A stretch of DNA of 64,000 nt, from the NCBI RefSeq assembly GCF_964204645.1, contig NC_134029.1, positions 10,008,850 to 10,072,849 of the forward strand. Direction: 5' to 3'. Each line of letters starts with the position of its first letter. Positions within the stretch are counted from its first letter, which is position 1. Both the position numbers and the translations under genes were made by a program. The notes under the pieces are model-generated. The model did no database searches. It had not been told where the DNA came from and was given only the letters and a program-made list of their open reading frames with translations. The stretch is from Tubulanus polymorphus (taxonomy: Eukaryota; Animalia; Nemertea). Positions 13,645 to 28,669 of this stretch are shown one piece after another.

Positions 13645-14393
13645 CTAAATTTAAGAGCCCTTGGTTATCATATAGAAAGAAAACGTTTGATGACTGTGGT
13701 TTGTCCTGCATTTGGACGCAGCAATTCATGACTAACAGTAAATCTTTTTCAAAACGAATAAAACAGATACTCCGTGACCAGCACCTTCAAGAAACTGTAT
13801 CTGCCATAAATACTAATCCGATATACACTAACTTTAGGCAATATAAAAATGATATTAGGTTAGAGAAGTATATAATAGAACTTGGTGATGACTTAGGAAC
13901 TAGTTTATTTGAATTTAGGGTGGGGTCCTATATTTTACCTGTGAACAAATTTTCAAACCTTCATTTAGACAGAGCCGATAGAATATGCCCCACTTGTAAT
14001 ACTTTAGGTGACGAATCCCATTTTCTGTTTGACTGTACCTTACTTAACGAACAACGCAAAAACTTTTTGAATTTGAATACCTTAAATACCCTTGATATTC
14101 TGAAAAACCCAACGGTCAACTTAGCTAAATTCATTACGACCGGCTTAGATGTATATAGATCCCTCCAATAGTATATATAGTATTGTAAATAGTTGATGTA
14201 TATAATAGTATATATAGTATTGTAAATAGTTGATGTATATATATATATATATATTTCGTTACGTTTTCATTCTCTAAATTTTATTCACTTCAGTGTTGTT
14301 TTGTAAATATTTGTATATACATGTGTAATAGTTTTCCTCCATATACCATGGAAATGGTTGGAGTGTAAATAAATCGTAATCGTAATCGTAATC
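13645..14393 (+). mobile_element. 5'-truncated non-LTR retrotransposon 3' end (RTE-X/Proto2-like C-terminus)
   Basis: ORF tail SPWL...DCGLSCIW...FRQYK..IRLEKYI...DRICPTCNTLGDESHFLFDC (CCHC knuckle), stop at 14171, then an AT-rich 3' UTR, AATAAA and an (ATCGTA)n tail at about 14368-14393. Clade is tentative. Confidence 0.75.
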
Positions 14394-14700
14394 GGGCATA
14401 TACGTCTAGGACCAATTTTTGATCGAAATGTTAACTATTTCAATAGACACCCGATTCAGTTGACTGGTTTGAGATAGATAATTCTGTAAATAAATGCAAG
14501 CGACGCGTATAAACTCTTTATAGACACATGTTGGACCCTATATGACAGAGCATTTCCTACACAAAATCGAAGCAAAATAACACACGAAAATCGCATTCAA
14601 TACCCCGGGGCCGTATTCACGGAGCACCCGTAAGCCTACATGTCACATAAGTTCGTCCGTAAGTTCACCCGTAAATCTTACGTGACACGTAACTTACGGC

Positions 14701-14709
14701 TATTATTAC

Positions 14710-14757
<48 letters not shown>

Positions 14758-14767
14758 CATTATTATT
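14701..14767. repeat. (ATT)n microsatellite
   Basis: Directly visible. Confidence 0.95.
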
Positions 14768-14849
14768 GTACTGGTCATTATTGCCAGAAATTCAATAAAG
14801 CATAAAATCGACTTGGCAAAACGTTTTTGAAATGCTGGCGCTCAGAAAA

Positions 14850-15300
14850 AGATTATTACTCTAATAAACTATGAGCTTCCGGCTAAAAATTCTAAGAAAA
14901 TATTTGGAATGTCATAAATGACATAATTTTGGTAACCCAGAAATGAAAATAAATTTACCTGATGGCAAGATTATGATTGGTAATCATCGTAAAATCGATT
15001 ATCACATTTCCGACAAGTTCGATAATTATTTTGTTAATGTGGGGCAAAACCTAGCAAAAACATCGAATCCAGGTGTTGATTTTCATGACTATCTAACTCA
15101 CCCCCAAATGAAAAATTTCAAACGCGTAAAAACTACTTTCCTAAGGTGTGTATTGATGAAGAATTATCGTGGAAGGAACACGCAGTGTAGGTATACTCAA
15201 TCGACCAAAACATATTCTGCCACAGTATCCTTACCAATTTCACTCTTATCGATACACACCTAAATTATTGTAATATGGCATGGTCATCAAATTCAACTGT
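14850..15300 (+). mobile_element. Degenerate, internally deleted CR1/L2-group LINE fragment
   Basis: ISDKFDNYFVNVGQNLA (tether motif 'F.NYF.NIG..LA') joined to a frameshifted 'FL(G)V.IDEELSWKEH' post-RT motif. Confidence 0.6.
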
Positions 15301-15744
15301 TGCTGCAATGCAGTCCTTCATTTGATATCATTACGTTTTCAATGTACATGTATTGTTTAATTAACTAATATCGTATCGTATCGTATCGTAAAGCCTCAGA
15401 TACACTAGGCGATTCAGTCGGCCACCTCAATCGCCCGATTCGTCGGCGAATCTCTCACCGATCTGATCGCCGAGAGTAGCAGACACACTAGGCGACGCTA
15501 TCGGGTGACTGAGTGCACCATTTTTGCGAAATAACGGGACCCTCACAGCGCCACTCTTTGAAAAATCCAGGTGTCATTTTGCAATCACGAGAACCGTCTG
15601 CGAACAGTAATTGGCCGATTAATATAGTACTCGAGGCGAACGATCGCTGTAGCGATTCCGTTGGCCGGCTGAATCGTCGAAGGCGATCTTCAAGCGCCGA
15701 ACCAGACACACAGGCGATTTTACCGACGATTTCGTCGGGCGCTT

Positions 15745-16035
15745 ATCGTATCGTATATCGCATCGTATGTCGTGTCGCGTCGCGCCGCAACTTGCCAAAC
15801 TGCACCACGCCACACCACACCACACCACACCACACCACACCACACCACACCACACCACACCACACCACACCACACCACACCACACCACACCACACCACAC
15901 CACACCACATCACACCACACCACACCATACCACAACACGCCATCATAGTTATATCGTGCCACGTATCTCGTATCATATATCACGTATCACATCATATCAC
16001 ACCATATCATATCATGTCATGTATTATTCTATGAT
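15745..16035. repeat. Compound pentanucleotide microsatellite with a (CACCA)n core
   Basis: Pure CACCA run at about 15810-15907, flanked by TATCG/TGTCG and TATCA/CATCA variants. Confidence 0.95.
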
Positions 16036-18299
16036 ATCCACCCGAGTTTGCTCTTCTGTGATATTTGGTTTTTATTGATGACACCAAGTTGGCTTCAAAA
16101 CTTGTTTAGTTTGTAACTAATTTTTGTCGTATTACTTTTCTATCGTTTTTCCTCTTCGTTCTGTACGGTATATATATTTCAGAATTCTATCAGTATTTCT
16201 TAAGACTATTAGGATAAAATCAAACCGTTTGAATAAACTAGGCCTACTAGGCCTACGAAATCTTTTGGACTCATCTTCTTATGTAGTGGGATCTTCCAGA
16301 ATCTCTATCTATCTCTATCTTTCCCTCACCGACTCATTTCGATCTCTCTAAATAGCAACACACAGTTACATTACAACTTTGCATATGTCATCCAATCCCT
16401 GGACATGAAAGCAATCAGTTCAGTGGACTTTTGATGGTTTGTTCTAATGATTATAGCCTCATCACTAACACGAATACCGCCGCACAACTTCGTAATTCCC
16501 TTGTCAAAATTCAATTTCCCTAAAACGAACACGCTTCTCGGCAATTGACTTTTAACGATATTGAAATTTCGTTCGCCGCGATGCAGCGATGGCGCATGAA
16601 TTGAACGAGAAAATGATTTGATGCGACAGATTTATAACTCGTCGTTGACGAAGAAATATGGCTATTTCATATTCATCTGATCATATCGAAATGGTATTAG
16701 GCTTAGGTTCATTACGTCCCGGTCAGTGAACGCGTGTAAGCTCTGCCGCATCAGGCTTAATTAACCGCATGAGTTTATTGCCAGCTATCAACCAGATATT
16801 ACCCGATTTGAGAAATTCGAAATTTCAGGCTTTGATTTGGACCCATAACTTCGTGTAGCTACATTACCGGGAAGCTAAATTACCGATTGTATTGCCCTTA
16901 TCTTTAAGATAACAAAAATAATTAGATACGAAATAATAATCTGAGTGACTGTGTGCAATGCTATTTACTTAGCTAAGCTCTAGATCCTTATTACAATTGA
17001 AAATCAAATCTTTCTAATAAATCAAGTGTTCGATCCAAAGAAAAACTTAAGATGAAAAGTTGCTTATTAATCGTTTTCTAAAAAGACATACAAAATTATT
17101 TTGATTATGAAATAGAATGTGGTTTGGTTAAGGGATGACAATTCTTTTACTTCGTATCCATCTGATCGCGGTGTCACAATGAAAATGATCACATCTCGTA
17201 CAAGAAGAAGCGATCCGAGTTAATCGGAAATATTGAACGGAAATTGTGTTGCGACCTTTGCAAAGGAAGTTCGTGCGGATTATCTAATACTCTCTTATGA
17301 TAATACATTGCTTTGATGCAACGGTCCCTAGAGGCAGGATAATTGAGCTAAATGCTGGAAAGTCGACGTATCTATTACTCTCAATGCTGTTGTTACTTCA
17401 TAATTTTTGTCATAAATGTGCACTCTGATGGATGTTTTTGGAAATGGCATCGAAATGCCTCTGTACACTTTCGTTATACAAATTGAGAAAAAACCATTCG
17501 GCTGATCTCTGTGAAATAAAGCATACGTTTTATTTGCACGAAGAGGTGCAGTCCATGCAAGCATAAATATGAAAGAATAGATAGTTCTGCGTGCGACAAA
17601 ATTGAGATTAATCGTAGAGTGTATGAAATTACGAATGTCCCACTGGAGCAAATATGTTTAGACCGTAATTCGGTTATGTCTTTGGCTATTTGCCGGATTG
17701 GTTATAAATATAAATGCGTTTCGGCAAGAGAGATGGAAAGAGAGGGTGATATAAAACACGATGCGTGGTGAAACGGCGTAATCACAAATTAGATCATTCA
17801 TAACTTATACCAGTTGAGTGGTATTTGATGAAGTGAACTGACGTAATGGTGGCCGGTTATGGCAACGAGGAACATAACATTTGAGATTGGCGTTGCGATG
17901 GCCGGTTATAATTGGAAAAAGAATTGATAAACCCGGAACTGCAAATTGGTGTATATACGCCTCCGAATACCTTGGTCTCTTTTTCTCTTTCAAATATAAT
18001 GCAAACATCGAAGTAGCAGACTAAAATATATCACTTTGCTGTTGGTCCTGATGTTAAACACAGATGCCAATCATCAGCGGTATAAACACATTGAATAATG
18101 AATCAGAATCAACATGATATCACGCGTTATCCGTGAAAATGATAAATGATACCCCATTACCATCTTTAACTTACGTAGGTTTATTGAAATGTTACGTAGA
18201 GCGCATTATCTGGAAAGGATGAAAGATTTTTTCACTTACATCGACCACTTAAGATCAACATCCCGTGGTTGGTGAGCAGCTGTAAACTCTGCTTTTAAC

Positions 18300-18333
18300 C
18301 ATGGACTCTAAAACCATTGTTTTAGAGTCCATG
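18300..18333. mobile_element. 34-bp palindromic micro-element with 7-bp TSD
   Basis: CATGGACTCTAAAAC-CATT-GTTTTAGAGTCCATG flanked by TTTTAAC on both sides. Confidence 0.7.
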
Positions 18334-21300
18334 TTTTAACCAACCATATCAAGAAAAATATAACTTTATTGGCACATTGAAACATGATATTTATAATGTT
18401 GCTTTATATTGTCAACGAAAATGAATAATGTTATGTATTGAATATGATGGATATTGAGGACCATTAGTTATTTGATTAATTTGAATTTGGATATATCGAC
18501 AATTCGATTGATTTAGTTTGACCAGCAACCAGTATAGCCCCAATATTGATGACAGTGCACATCCACTCGCACAATTCATAACAAATGTAAACAAATTCAT
18601 TCATTCATAGGGGGTAGGGAGGGGAGGCAGAGCGCTATCTTGGTACTGGTTTGACTGGGCGCAAAATAGCCTCGTTATTTGCGCTTTCACAGGATTTCAT
18701 TCGCATTACTGCATCGTGCTTACATGAAAAAACTGTTTAAGTACTGACCCCCGGTATACGCCAATTTCCTGTTGACGTGATAACATCAATCACTAGTGTA
18801 AGATACGTCCAGCTAATCCCGTGCAGCATCTTAATAGATTCAGTATCGCACGTCAAATATAATTTGATTGGACAAGTTAATTATTCCGACTCGAACCGCT
18901 TCCGCCGATGAGTATGGTTCCAGTTCGTGGGGAACTCAATAGTTCATTATAATGCCTCCATGCCTGATGCACATCTCGTAAGGTGACATTCCAGAATGGT
19001 CACGGTCTCGTGTTGAAAATTTCACCTCAGGGAATGATTTACCGAATTTTGGATTTTTGAGCCATGGCCTTGTTGCACTGTATAAAGGTTGATTCATCGC
19101 AGGATTCTGCTCATTCAAATACGGATTGCCATTTTTGGCCGCCGAGCATTTGAAATGGATACAAATAAACATCTATTTAGTAGATAACTATGTAGATTCT
19201 TACTACCTTACTATCGTCTTCCAAAGCGTAGCGAGTTTTTCCCATGAGAATTTTAGGGAAAAATGAGATGTGTATCTTTTTGGTAGTGGCATAATTGGAG
19301 ATTTAGTTATTCTACACATCCATTCACTGTAGACGACCATCACGCCGCAGCTTTAAACACCAAGGGACAAATAGTATAAACACAGTATGTTAGAATCCAA
19401 TGAAAATGCATAGCAATTCTTATGATGACTGCTTCGTATGGTGGCTGATTCGGGCCTGCGTGAAATTTGTTCGGTATGCAAATTAATGCCAAAATGAAAT
19501 CCTACTACAGAGATTTAATTTTGGCGCGCGCTTAATGAAAATAAGTCGCCACTCTTCATCTGCATCATTGATTCAAATTTCTTACCAAGGAAGTGCTGAC
19601 ATATGTTTTCAAAATTGTGGTAGATTTCAGATTTAATTTTTGAATGATGGTTACAACGGGCATAGGTGACTTGTAGGGAAAGAATTGAGTAGTCCATACA
19701 TTGCGTTTCACAGCTATATTTGATAGCACAGTTACCTGACTGGTTGGGTTTTGTTTAATTGCACCCGACATCGAAAGCGTACACCCGAATATTAGGTTGC
19801 CAATTAACTGTACAACCTGATGTTGTATAAACAAATTGAATTAGTCGTCGAGAGATATATAAGTTTATTTTGTCAAATATAGCTGCAAAGCAGCGATAAA
19901 GAGTTTCTGCAAATTGGTTTAAGTTATCATATGCTCCAATTTTCTTATAATTATAGGCTTGTCGAAATGATTGATCTAGATACCAACTTAAGTATTGATA
20001 CGTTCAAGTGCAACTGAGAAACGTCCCAAGGTACCAAGGTAAATGGGAGTGCCCCTTAGTTTTGAGTGTCCCCTAGTGGAAGGAATATGAACCATTCATG
20101 CAGGGCACCGAGCGATCAAAGTCTTAATTAGAAAGATTACCTGTGTTCCAAGTTTCATCATAATTTGTCTATTCGTATGTACCACTTAGTTGGAAAAAGA
20201 TGTACTAATTTTAAAGGTCGTTGATTAAGACTTCTTAGGAAGTTCACTAGGTTTTTACTGTATAGTAGATACTAACAAATAAATGTGTTTTTAAATATTG
20301 TAGTTGGCACCACCTGTTTAATTCCCTTAGAAATATAATTGTGCAAAATATCCTAATGGAAAAATGGCCTCCTAAAGACCTCTTCATTGCCTACGGTTTA
20401 AGCGTAAACCGGATGCGTAGAAAGCGGATCTGTTCGATTCATATTCAATACGTGTCTCCGCTATAGATACGCAGACGACTATATAGGCTTTTTGATATGT
20501 AGCATCGCTGACAATAGAACGTTGTGAAACGTCGAACCGCATTACGTTGTTTTGGTTGAAGACTCGACTATGTATTGGTTGAAGACTCGACTAACAAAAG
20601 AGATCAAAACCTCGCTTCTTCCGAAACGTCCACGGTTCTTTAAAAATGAAAACAAGTAAAAATTTCCGATCGATTCCGCGCATCGAATTTTTTTAATGAT
20701 ATTAACAAAAATAATACAATTAATTATGGCGAAAGGCCGATTATTCCAAGCGTTATGTAGCTTACTAATACATTTGCAAATGTAATGGTCGCGGAAGGCT
20801 ATGTATACATGTCCACCTCATTCCTTTAATTGCCATTTTTGCTTGCCATGCCGGTCACGAAATATCAAGTACGAGAAAGCATGTTGACATTATTTTATGC
20901 ATATATATATACTCCACAGTGATCCACGTTCACTCTCCCTTTCCCTCCCCTCTCTCCTCTCTCATAGACACCATGTCTTACGTATGTTTTATCTGGCAAT
21001 AGAAATACAAAGACTGACTCTTATTACACCCGTACTTGGATATCCATTGGCAGTCTGACATCGGGTAGGCCTAACCCGTCAGCCAGATTACAAAAAAGTA
21101 ATTCTGCCGAAGCTTACGATCGCCACTGTCCGATAACAGCGCGGTTATCACGGATTAGTTACCCAGGTTTATATATTCGCAGAGGTTTTACGGTGACATG
21201 TAACTCGTGCTTGTTGCGGAAAATTTCGATACTAAGAACTACTATTTGCATTAGCGGGATGTACATGCGGCTCTCTAATTCACTAAATCATGTCAGTCAA

Positions 21301-22045
21301 GAACAAAAGTAAGCTTCTATCCAGTAAAAAATTCATACAAAAATAGACAAATATACAAATATGAGCGCTCTTCGGGTAGAACATTTACATAGAGCGATAT
21401 GTATCAAATTGCTGAACCCATTGAATGATGTATCTACGTAATGAAAAATTGAAAAATAACTTTATAAACCCGAATTGTGGTCACATTACAACGTCGTATG
21501 TTCATTTTCTTAAGATTTGTCTCCGGCACAGGTCAAGAGTGAATCTAGAAATTATATAGAGTATCTTACGAGTAGTCCATTCATGTCGTAAACCCGTCAT
21601 ATATAAACCTTCGCACGACAATTTATTCAGTATTCAGCCATAAAAACCAATGACACAAGCGCTGAAATGGACGTTGTACTTAGTTACCATGTTAAGTAAA
21701 AACAAAATATACATGTTGTATGAAAACTTAGTGAAATACAATTTACTAACTAAAAATCTGTTCACGTAGGCTTTGTAGCTGTAGACTGTGATCAGGGGTT
21801 TCCCCGTGATCCCCGTATGGCAATGTAAAGAATGTATTTTTTAATCTCTACCAAAACGCTCATGTATCCGTCGTTTTGACACAACGAGCGCCCTCTTTCC
21901 GGTAGATTAATGAGTGATATTTGAGAATGCGGAATCGACGATTAGCTTCACGAAATTTTCCAAAAATAAGAAAAGCCCTCCTGTTTTGGGTACTTCGTGT
22001 GAAGCAGTTATTCGGCCATCGATAATCGGAACAAATGAAAATGAT

Positions 22046-22368
22046 AAGTATAGCTGCAAAGCAGCGATAGCGGGTTTTCTGCCCTGCAAGTTTAAAGTCG
22101 TACTGGGAAGCGTAACGCGATTTCTTCGAAATTAGTCTCATCAGGTCATACGTGTATTTTGATGGGGCGCCACCTAGTGGTCAATAATCATTTGAAATAT
22201 GTGGATCAATATAGGCTACTACGTACAAAGTACTGATGTACCAAGTTTTGATTAGAGCAATTATTACCGATTAGTAGTCGAATTTCAGAGAAACTTTTCT
22301 GGTTAAAATGGGAAAAGAAATAATACTCACCTTAGGGTTTCCTTATGGTGGTCGGAAAACCCTAATAA
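22046..22368 (-). mobile_element. Second HINE-like copy, opposite orientation
   Basis: TATAGCTGCAAAGCAGCGATAGCGGGTTTTC at one end and AGGGTTTCC...GGAAAACCCTAATAA at the other. The same hairpin terminus also occurs near 19878 and 60186. Confidence 0.55.
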
Positions 22369-25300
22369 GTTTAATTGTAAATTTTAGATGTATAGGTGAA
22401 ATAGACAGAAACGTATATTTCACGGACTAACTTCGTTTTCCAAGCGACATTCTCACACCATAAATAGCTCTAACATGATATTTGCGTATTCCACCGAGAT
22501 TCGGTTCAGTTAAAGGTTGCGGTGGCATACGGCAGTCGGGCATAATTACTAAACGTTCCCAGTTCCCCAACGTGAAACCGAATCACCGCCGTCGCCGTCC
22601 ATCTTATCTATAATTTATCAGCCAATAGAATAATAGCTGTAATTTGGCCCGGCGGTAACGTACAAAATGTTTCGCTAATGATAGAAACCGCTTTCTCTCG
22701 TTTCATAATAAATGAAATAAACAATGGTGACTTAGGATCGGCTGACATAATCGAATTATCTGCTATCATAAAATGATTGGTTAATCGAAACGGACAATTT
22801 TGTGACTATTAGCACACGACCATGTAGGTAGACTCCATGTACGCGATATCGCATACAGAATCATGATGAATATCGCCGATGATTGTGGTCGAATTCGCGG
22901 AAATTTGATGGCGTGTATTAATGCTCGCATATCATGATCTACCGACCGGCGACGTGACTCGCTTTTACTGGTATTTTTTTACACGACAGACAGCACAAAG
23001 AGCAAAAACCAAATGACAAAAAAGTGAAATATCCTAACTGTATCTTTTGAAATCACACGCAAGAAATCATCATACGGATGATCAGTGCACTCTTTTTATG
23101 TATTGGCGAGGTTATTTCGCGCGATTTCGGGTGAAGGAACTGCGAGCATTACACACATTTTTGTATCCGTTTTTTCTGAACCAAACTTAACCCTGTGTCA
23201 AGGCATCATATGCTTTTTATTCAATCTAATTGATCGAATGCCACTCTAATCATTTCAAAACCAAAACATCTTGAAATCCAAATTATTCTATTCTTAACTG
23301 CCGCTAGGCGTCGCACGTATAGTCACCTGGAAAATTTACATTGCACATCATCTGTCGATTTTACATGAAAAAACAAATTCATCGACTCCCAAGCGATACA
23401 TTACAGGCCGACGGCATAATCACAAAAACGTGAAAATGTTTTCAATCAGCATACTGCATATACCATCAGGTTGAATCCGATCTCAGGGGGCGTTGAGTGG
23501 AATATCATCTGCATATCATAATCCAGTTCTAATGAGCGTTACTAAAAACACCAATGCGTCACATTTACGACATTGAATACGGCGTATATTAATCGCTTCC
23601 TCGTCATTTTAAGGTGATTTGATGATTCGGACTAAGGGATAAAATTGGATAAGTAATCGACGCAGAGATGTAATAATGAAAATAATTGCTCAACTAGGTA
23701 CTTCGCTTTGTCCGACTGATAGGCCATTAAGTAGAAGAGTTTAAGTCTGCGGCTCGAATACCAGTAAAGTCGGTCGACGTAATTGAAGTATGTATCGCTC
23801 TGTCAAATAACGTGATAAATTTTGTGACGTATTCTAATAGTGGAAAACCAGCAGGTGTAAAATGAGAGAGATTTTGAAATGAATTGCCCAAGAAATTCCT
23901 ACGATGCTTACTAGTCGGACGTATGAAGTGTGTCAACGCTGCGAGTGCAAGGTTTGATTAATTTATATCTGTTACGCAATCGGCAGAGTACGTTACAGTT
24001 ATTCATATGAATAGAGGCCATTCCTCTAAATCTGGGTATCCGTCGGAACATATCTTCACATTTGACAGTGTTCATAACTTGGGTGTCTGTCAAAGATGGA
24101 GTTCTGCAAATGGTACCATGCAGTTTCGATCTATTTCTTCGAAAAACACGAATAACCAAACATTTGGTAGCCAGTTTTTGTCCCCTTCCCCCGGCTAAAC
24201 TATCCGGTCTATGTTGTGACGGGCATTCCTAAGGCAAAATGTATTCAATAATAGAGGTACCCCTCTCTTTACATGAATAACCGAAGCTGGCTCCTAGTTC
24301 AAAGATTTTCAGTAGTGTGAGTCATAACTAATATAAACCTGACATCGCTTCACGAGCCGAATTCGCCGACTCGATGGTGATCACCGATACGAACACTTAT
24401 TTGGTTTTCATAACGGAGTTGTTTACTCCAGTCGTCGTATCGCTTTTGTTAAACGCTGATACAACGGTCGATTTTGAAAATGGCAGAGATAGCAATGACA
24501 GAGATCTGAAAATATTTCAAACATATATATAATGTGCTAATATATGTGCTAATATATAGTATTCAGTTTGAGCAAGTTCCTGCGATAGAATTCAAAATTT
24601 GACAAAATGATCGATTATTTGGTCTGATTCAGCTATAAGGTTTTACGTATGGATATATGGCGTACGCGAGTGAGAAGAACTATCTATTCTATTGTGGCTG
24701 ATTCGGGCCGCATTGAAATCTTTCGACCATGAAAACAAATTTGATAGCGACAAAACAAATATTGATGCAAGAAAACAATTCATTTTGTTTTCTCGCGATA
24801 AAAATTTTCTTTGTTATTTTATTGACCCCGCCAAAACATAAGAGAAAACTAAATAATCTGTTTTCTCGCACTAAATTTTTTTCTCTTTATCAAATGTTCT
24901 CTGTGCTTAATTTATTTGAGTTTATACTGGTACATTAGTTATTGAAGTGAGTCTCCATATCTAATCAAAAATGGAAAAATAGGCCATTTGAAAGATTCTC
25001 GCCTTGCCTTAAACCTGCGGAAAAAACTAGATGACTCACCAATAATAACATAAACAAGATATCGCATTTCTGTATACATTGAATAACAACTAGAGAAATT
25101 TCCGGTAACTCCCATTTGAATAATCTCATGTCAAAGAGCATTTACTCAATATGGTATCCAAACACTTGTTGAAATCTATGATAATACAGGTTGTTCTACT
25201 TGCAAACCAATAGTGAACTTGTAAGTGGATCCAAGATCCCATGGTGTTTTATGAATCCTATATAGGTTTCGAAAGTAGATTATTAGATTCTAAGAATTCT

Positions 25301-25642
25301 CGAAGACAATCATTCAAAAGTACATATCGATAAACAGCTTGCACAGACAGCTGAACAGGGTAATCCCTCGATAATTGGCAAACGTGGATTATGGACAATC
25401 TCGTAAGTAAGTATCGACATAGGCATAAATTGTTGTCATTTCTACCCTTCACCTGTCCGGTCTATATTACATCTATTAACGAATCCTACACAAACTGTAT
25501 ACCTGGCTCTCTCAAAATGGATAATAATAATCTATTTTCGTAAACCGGTTACGAGGTATCCAGTGCAAGCCAACGGGCTGTACATAAAATTAAGGCGCTG
25601 GAACCGTGTGCAGAGTGCAGGGGAATGTGCAGTGATACTTAT

Positions 25643-25725
25643 AAATAATGCTATTAATAATCTTAATGCTAACAATAATAATTATGCTAATCAATAATAA
25701 TAATAATAATAATAATAATGCTAAC

Positions 25726-25804
<79 letters not shown>

Positions 25805-25870
25805 GTAATAATAATAATAATAATGATTGATTAATAATAATAATAATAATTATTATAATAATAATAATGA
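25643..25870. repeat. (AAT)n microsatellite
   Basis: Directly visible; source of the poly-Asn pseudo-ORF. Confidence 0.97.
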
Positions 25871-28669
25871 TTGATTACAAATATGGAGAAAGCAAATGCC
25901 ACAGATAATAATGATTACAAAGATAGATAGTCTAGTATAGCAGTCTAGTCAAGTTTAGTTAAGACTAAACACATACCAAGTTTTTCCTCAACGGGAGATG
26001 AATAATTACGCGTATTTCAGTAATATTTGTTTTTTAAATTGGAATGATAGTGAATTTATGCTGGTGGATGAACGGATAACATTCGGAGTATTTCGCCAAA
26101 TACTAGGCATCTGAGCTAAGAAGGATTTACTGTATAATTTGGATTTATGGAAAGCAGCTCTCGCATAGTTAAACTGTCTGTTATTGTGGGAGTGGAAGTT
26201 AAAATTATGATGAAATAAATTTAGCAGTGGAGTTGGGAGGGAGTTATGAGTAATTTGATAATTTCCAGTTGAATCAGATCATGGAATTTAAGTATTTTAT
26301 ATTTTTTGAAAATAGGACCTGTTGGGGCGTTATGAGCTGAGTTTTCGATGAGTCTTAGTGCTTTTTTCTTAGTGATAATCATCCATTTATATTATCAAAG
26401 GTTTGGTATCTGGTCAATATCTTTTGAGAGGCATTTATGTTATTCTAACGATGGTTCGCTTGCGGGTAGCCAAAGTATACAGCAATTTAGACACCATCAG
26501 AATTAGTGGACGAAACGGGAGTAGCTCCTGGTAAACCGGGGACCGGGATGCTCCGGGGTTTTCATCTCTCCATTGGGATTTTTGGCTGACATGATGCCGT
26601 ATTAATGTATTAGGTTCTCTGTTTTCGTAATAACGTAACACTCGCCCCAGCTTAGAGGAACCCGGTGATCACTTAATTCCCAGGCAATCGACATTGTTAG
26701 GCAGCCCGTACATTCATTTTAATTAAAACGGGTAAGCAGTAAGACCTGTGTATATGCGTATCCGAAGATTGATGAGTCCCGTTCCACTGACCAATAATCA
26801 TCATTTTCTGATATTGATATAGATAAACGTATTCAGCATTTTAATTTTATATGATGAATAATTCGAGTGATTACGTAAAATCCCTTGCATGCAACTGAGG
26901 GTTCAAAAATGCCAATTACCAAAACACGGAAAACCTTGAATTTTATCAAAAATCTGGTTTGTTTCAGCATGTTTAAGCCGAATTCTTGGGATCCGTTGTT
27001 TCGCCTGTATTCGGAGTTATGGCCAAGATCAACCCACTATACAATATACAAACAAAAAATTACGTGCAGTCTTGTCTTACAAGATATGTTTTCTTCATTG
27101 TCATATTAATGGTCGAAATGAACGATACACAAATGAATCGCGACAGAGTTATATCACGCTAGTTGTGACAACAATTAGTGAGACACGAAAAAAGAACGTG
27201 CCGAACCATGGCAGAATTAACATTCGATGCTTTTTCGAAGAAATAAATCCCAGCCAAACAAGTAAAGCATTTTAGGTTGCCAAATCATAGGACTGGAGAA
27301 AATCTAACATCCTACATATTTATATATCTTGATTGACCATTTCAGAAGAATGCTGTAAAAGAAAAAGATGCATAATTCTTTGAGCACTCACTTCTTAAAC
27401 TATTCGGGATTGGATCGTATGTAATAGTTGTGCTACTGTGAATCGAACTCATTTGAGTGATTGTCCTCTCTACCAATCCGCCCTCCAGACATTGGGTGAT
27501 AAGCCCCGAACACAATTGTCAGTAACTAATGCATTCCCTCGACTCGGTTACGCACGATGCTACAATTTTAAATCTGATTCTTCGGTGCTTTTCAGAATCA
27601 ATTCCGCTCTCGTGGGATCGACGATAGCCTTCGTTTCCGATTGTATCTAGATCATTTTACGCTGCCATTACGGGCGGTATATTCGGTAACGTTTCTAGCC
27701 TGAAGGACGAATCCGGAAAACCTTCGAACTATTTCAAATATCTTATTGATGCAGCATTGCGTTAAGGTAACTGGGACTTCGACCAATCGTTTGGAAGATT
27801 AGTACTGAATTTGGACAAATTAGATTCGCTCACCGGTTGAGTCAACTGCATCCTATCAATTGCATTAAATACAAATGCGCCTTAGTATGGGATAATAACC
27901 GATTTTGCACAGTGAATATACATCGCTTAGTTTTATGTACTCAAACTTTGTATGGATTTCAATTGTTCTAGATTCTATAAAAGTGGAATATCACATTTCG
28001 TGTCGACACCAGGGTCGAGCGCACATTTTAATTCACCCATGGTAAACAGGTAAAAAAGGGTCCGATGGACTTAAGTTGTAACGGTTATAGAACCAAAATA
28101 CAGCTTAAATCATTCTTTTACATTTGGTTCATCATGAAAATTACCCTAAGATTACGATTTTTATTCTTTAGGCTAGACACAATGACTGTCATCTGGCATG
28201 GTTACTGCCCCTTTCTCGACACGGTCCTGATGGCCTAGGGCTCTATCGCAGCACTTGAACGTTTCCGAATACAGTGCGCATATAATTCAGCAGTTTAGCC
28301 ACCAAAAATGTCAGCACCAATGCAATTTTCCTGCCATGCTACAATCATTAATTTCGGCACGTTCGATTAAACTGCACTGTTTAACTTTTTCATCCGATTC
28401 AATTACAATTGATCTGCCTTATTGCCAAATTTATGGACAGAAATGAATCGAATATCCTGAGCTAAAATGAAACGCTTGATTTCCGATTGGCTGATAATAA
28501 CAGCACGGCAATGATGCGCGACTATAAACTCACTGGGAATATTTGGGCGAGGTTTCTCTGGTATGCCGTGGCAGACTCGATGCCATCGCGTTCGAATCCC
28601 ATTTCTGAGGGAGGATGTTAATACTTGGATTGCCACTCGTATTAATAGACGAGCCAATCAACCCATTGG

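Noticed and set aside
15513-16078. HHTTP and VVWCG repeat ORFs
   Set aside because: Translations of the (CACCA)n microsatellite.
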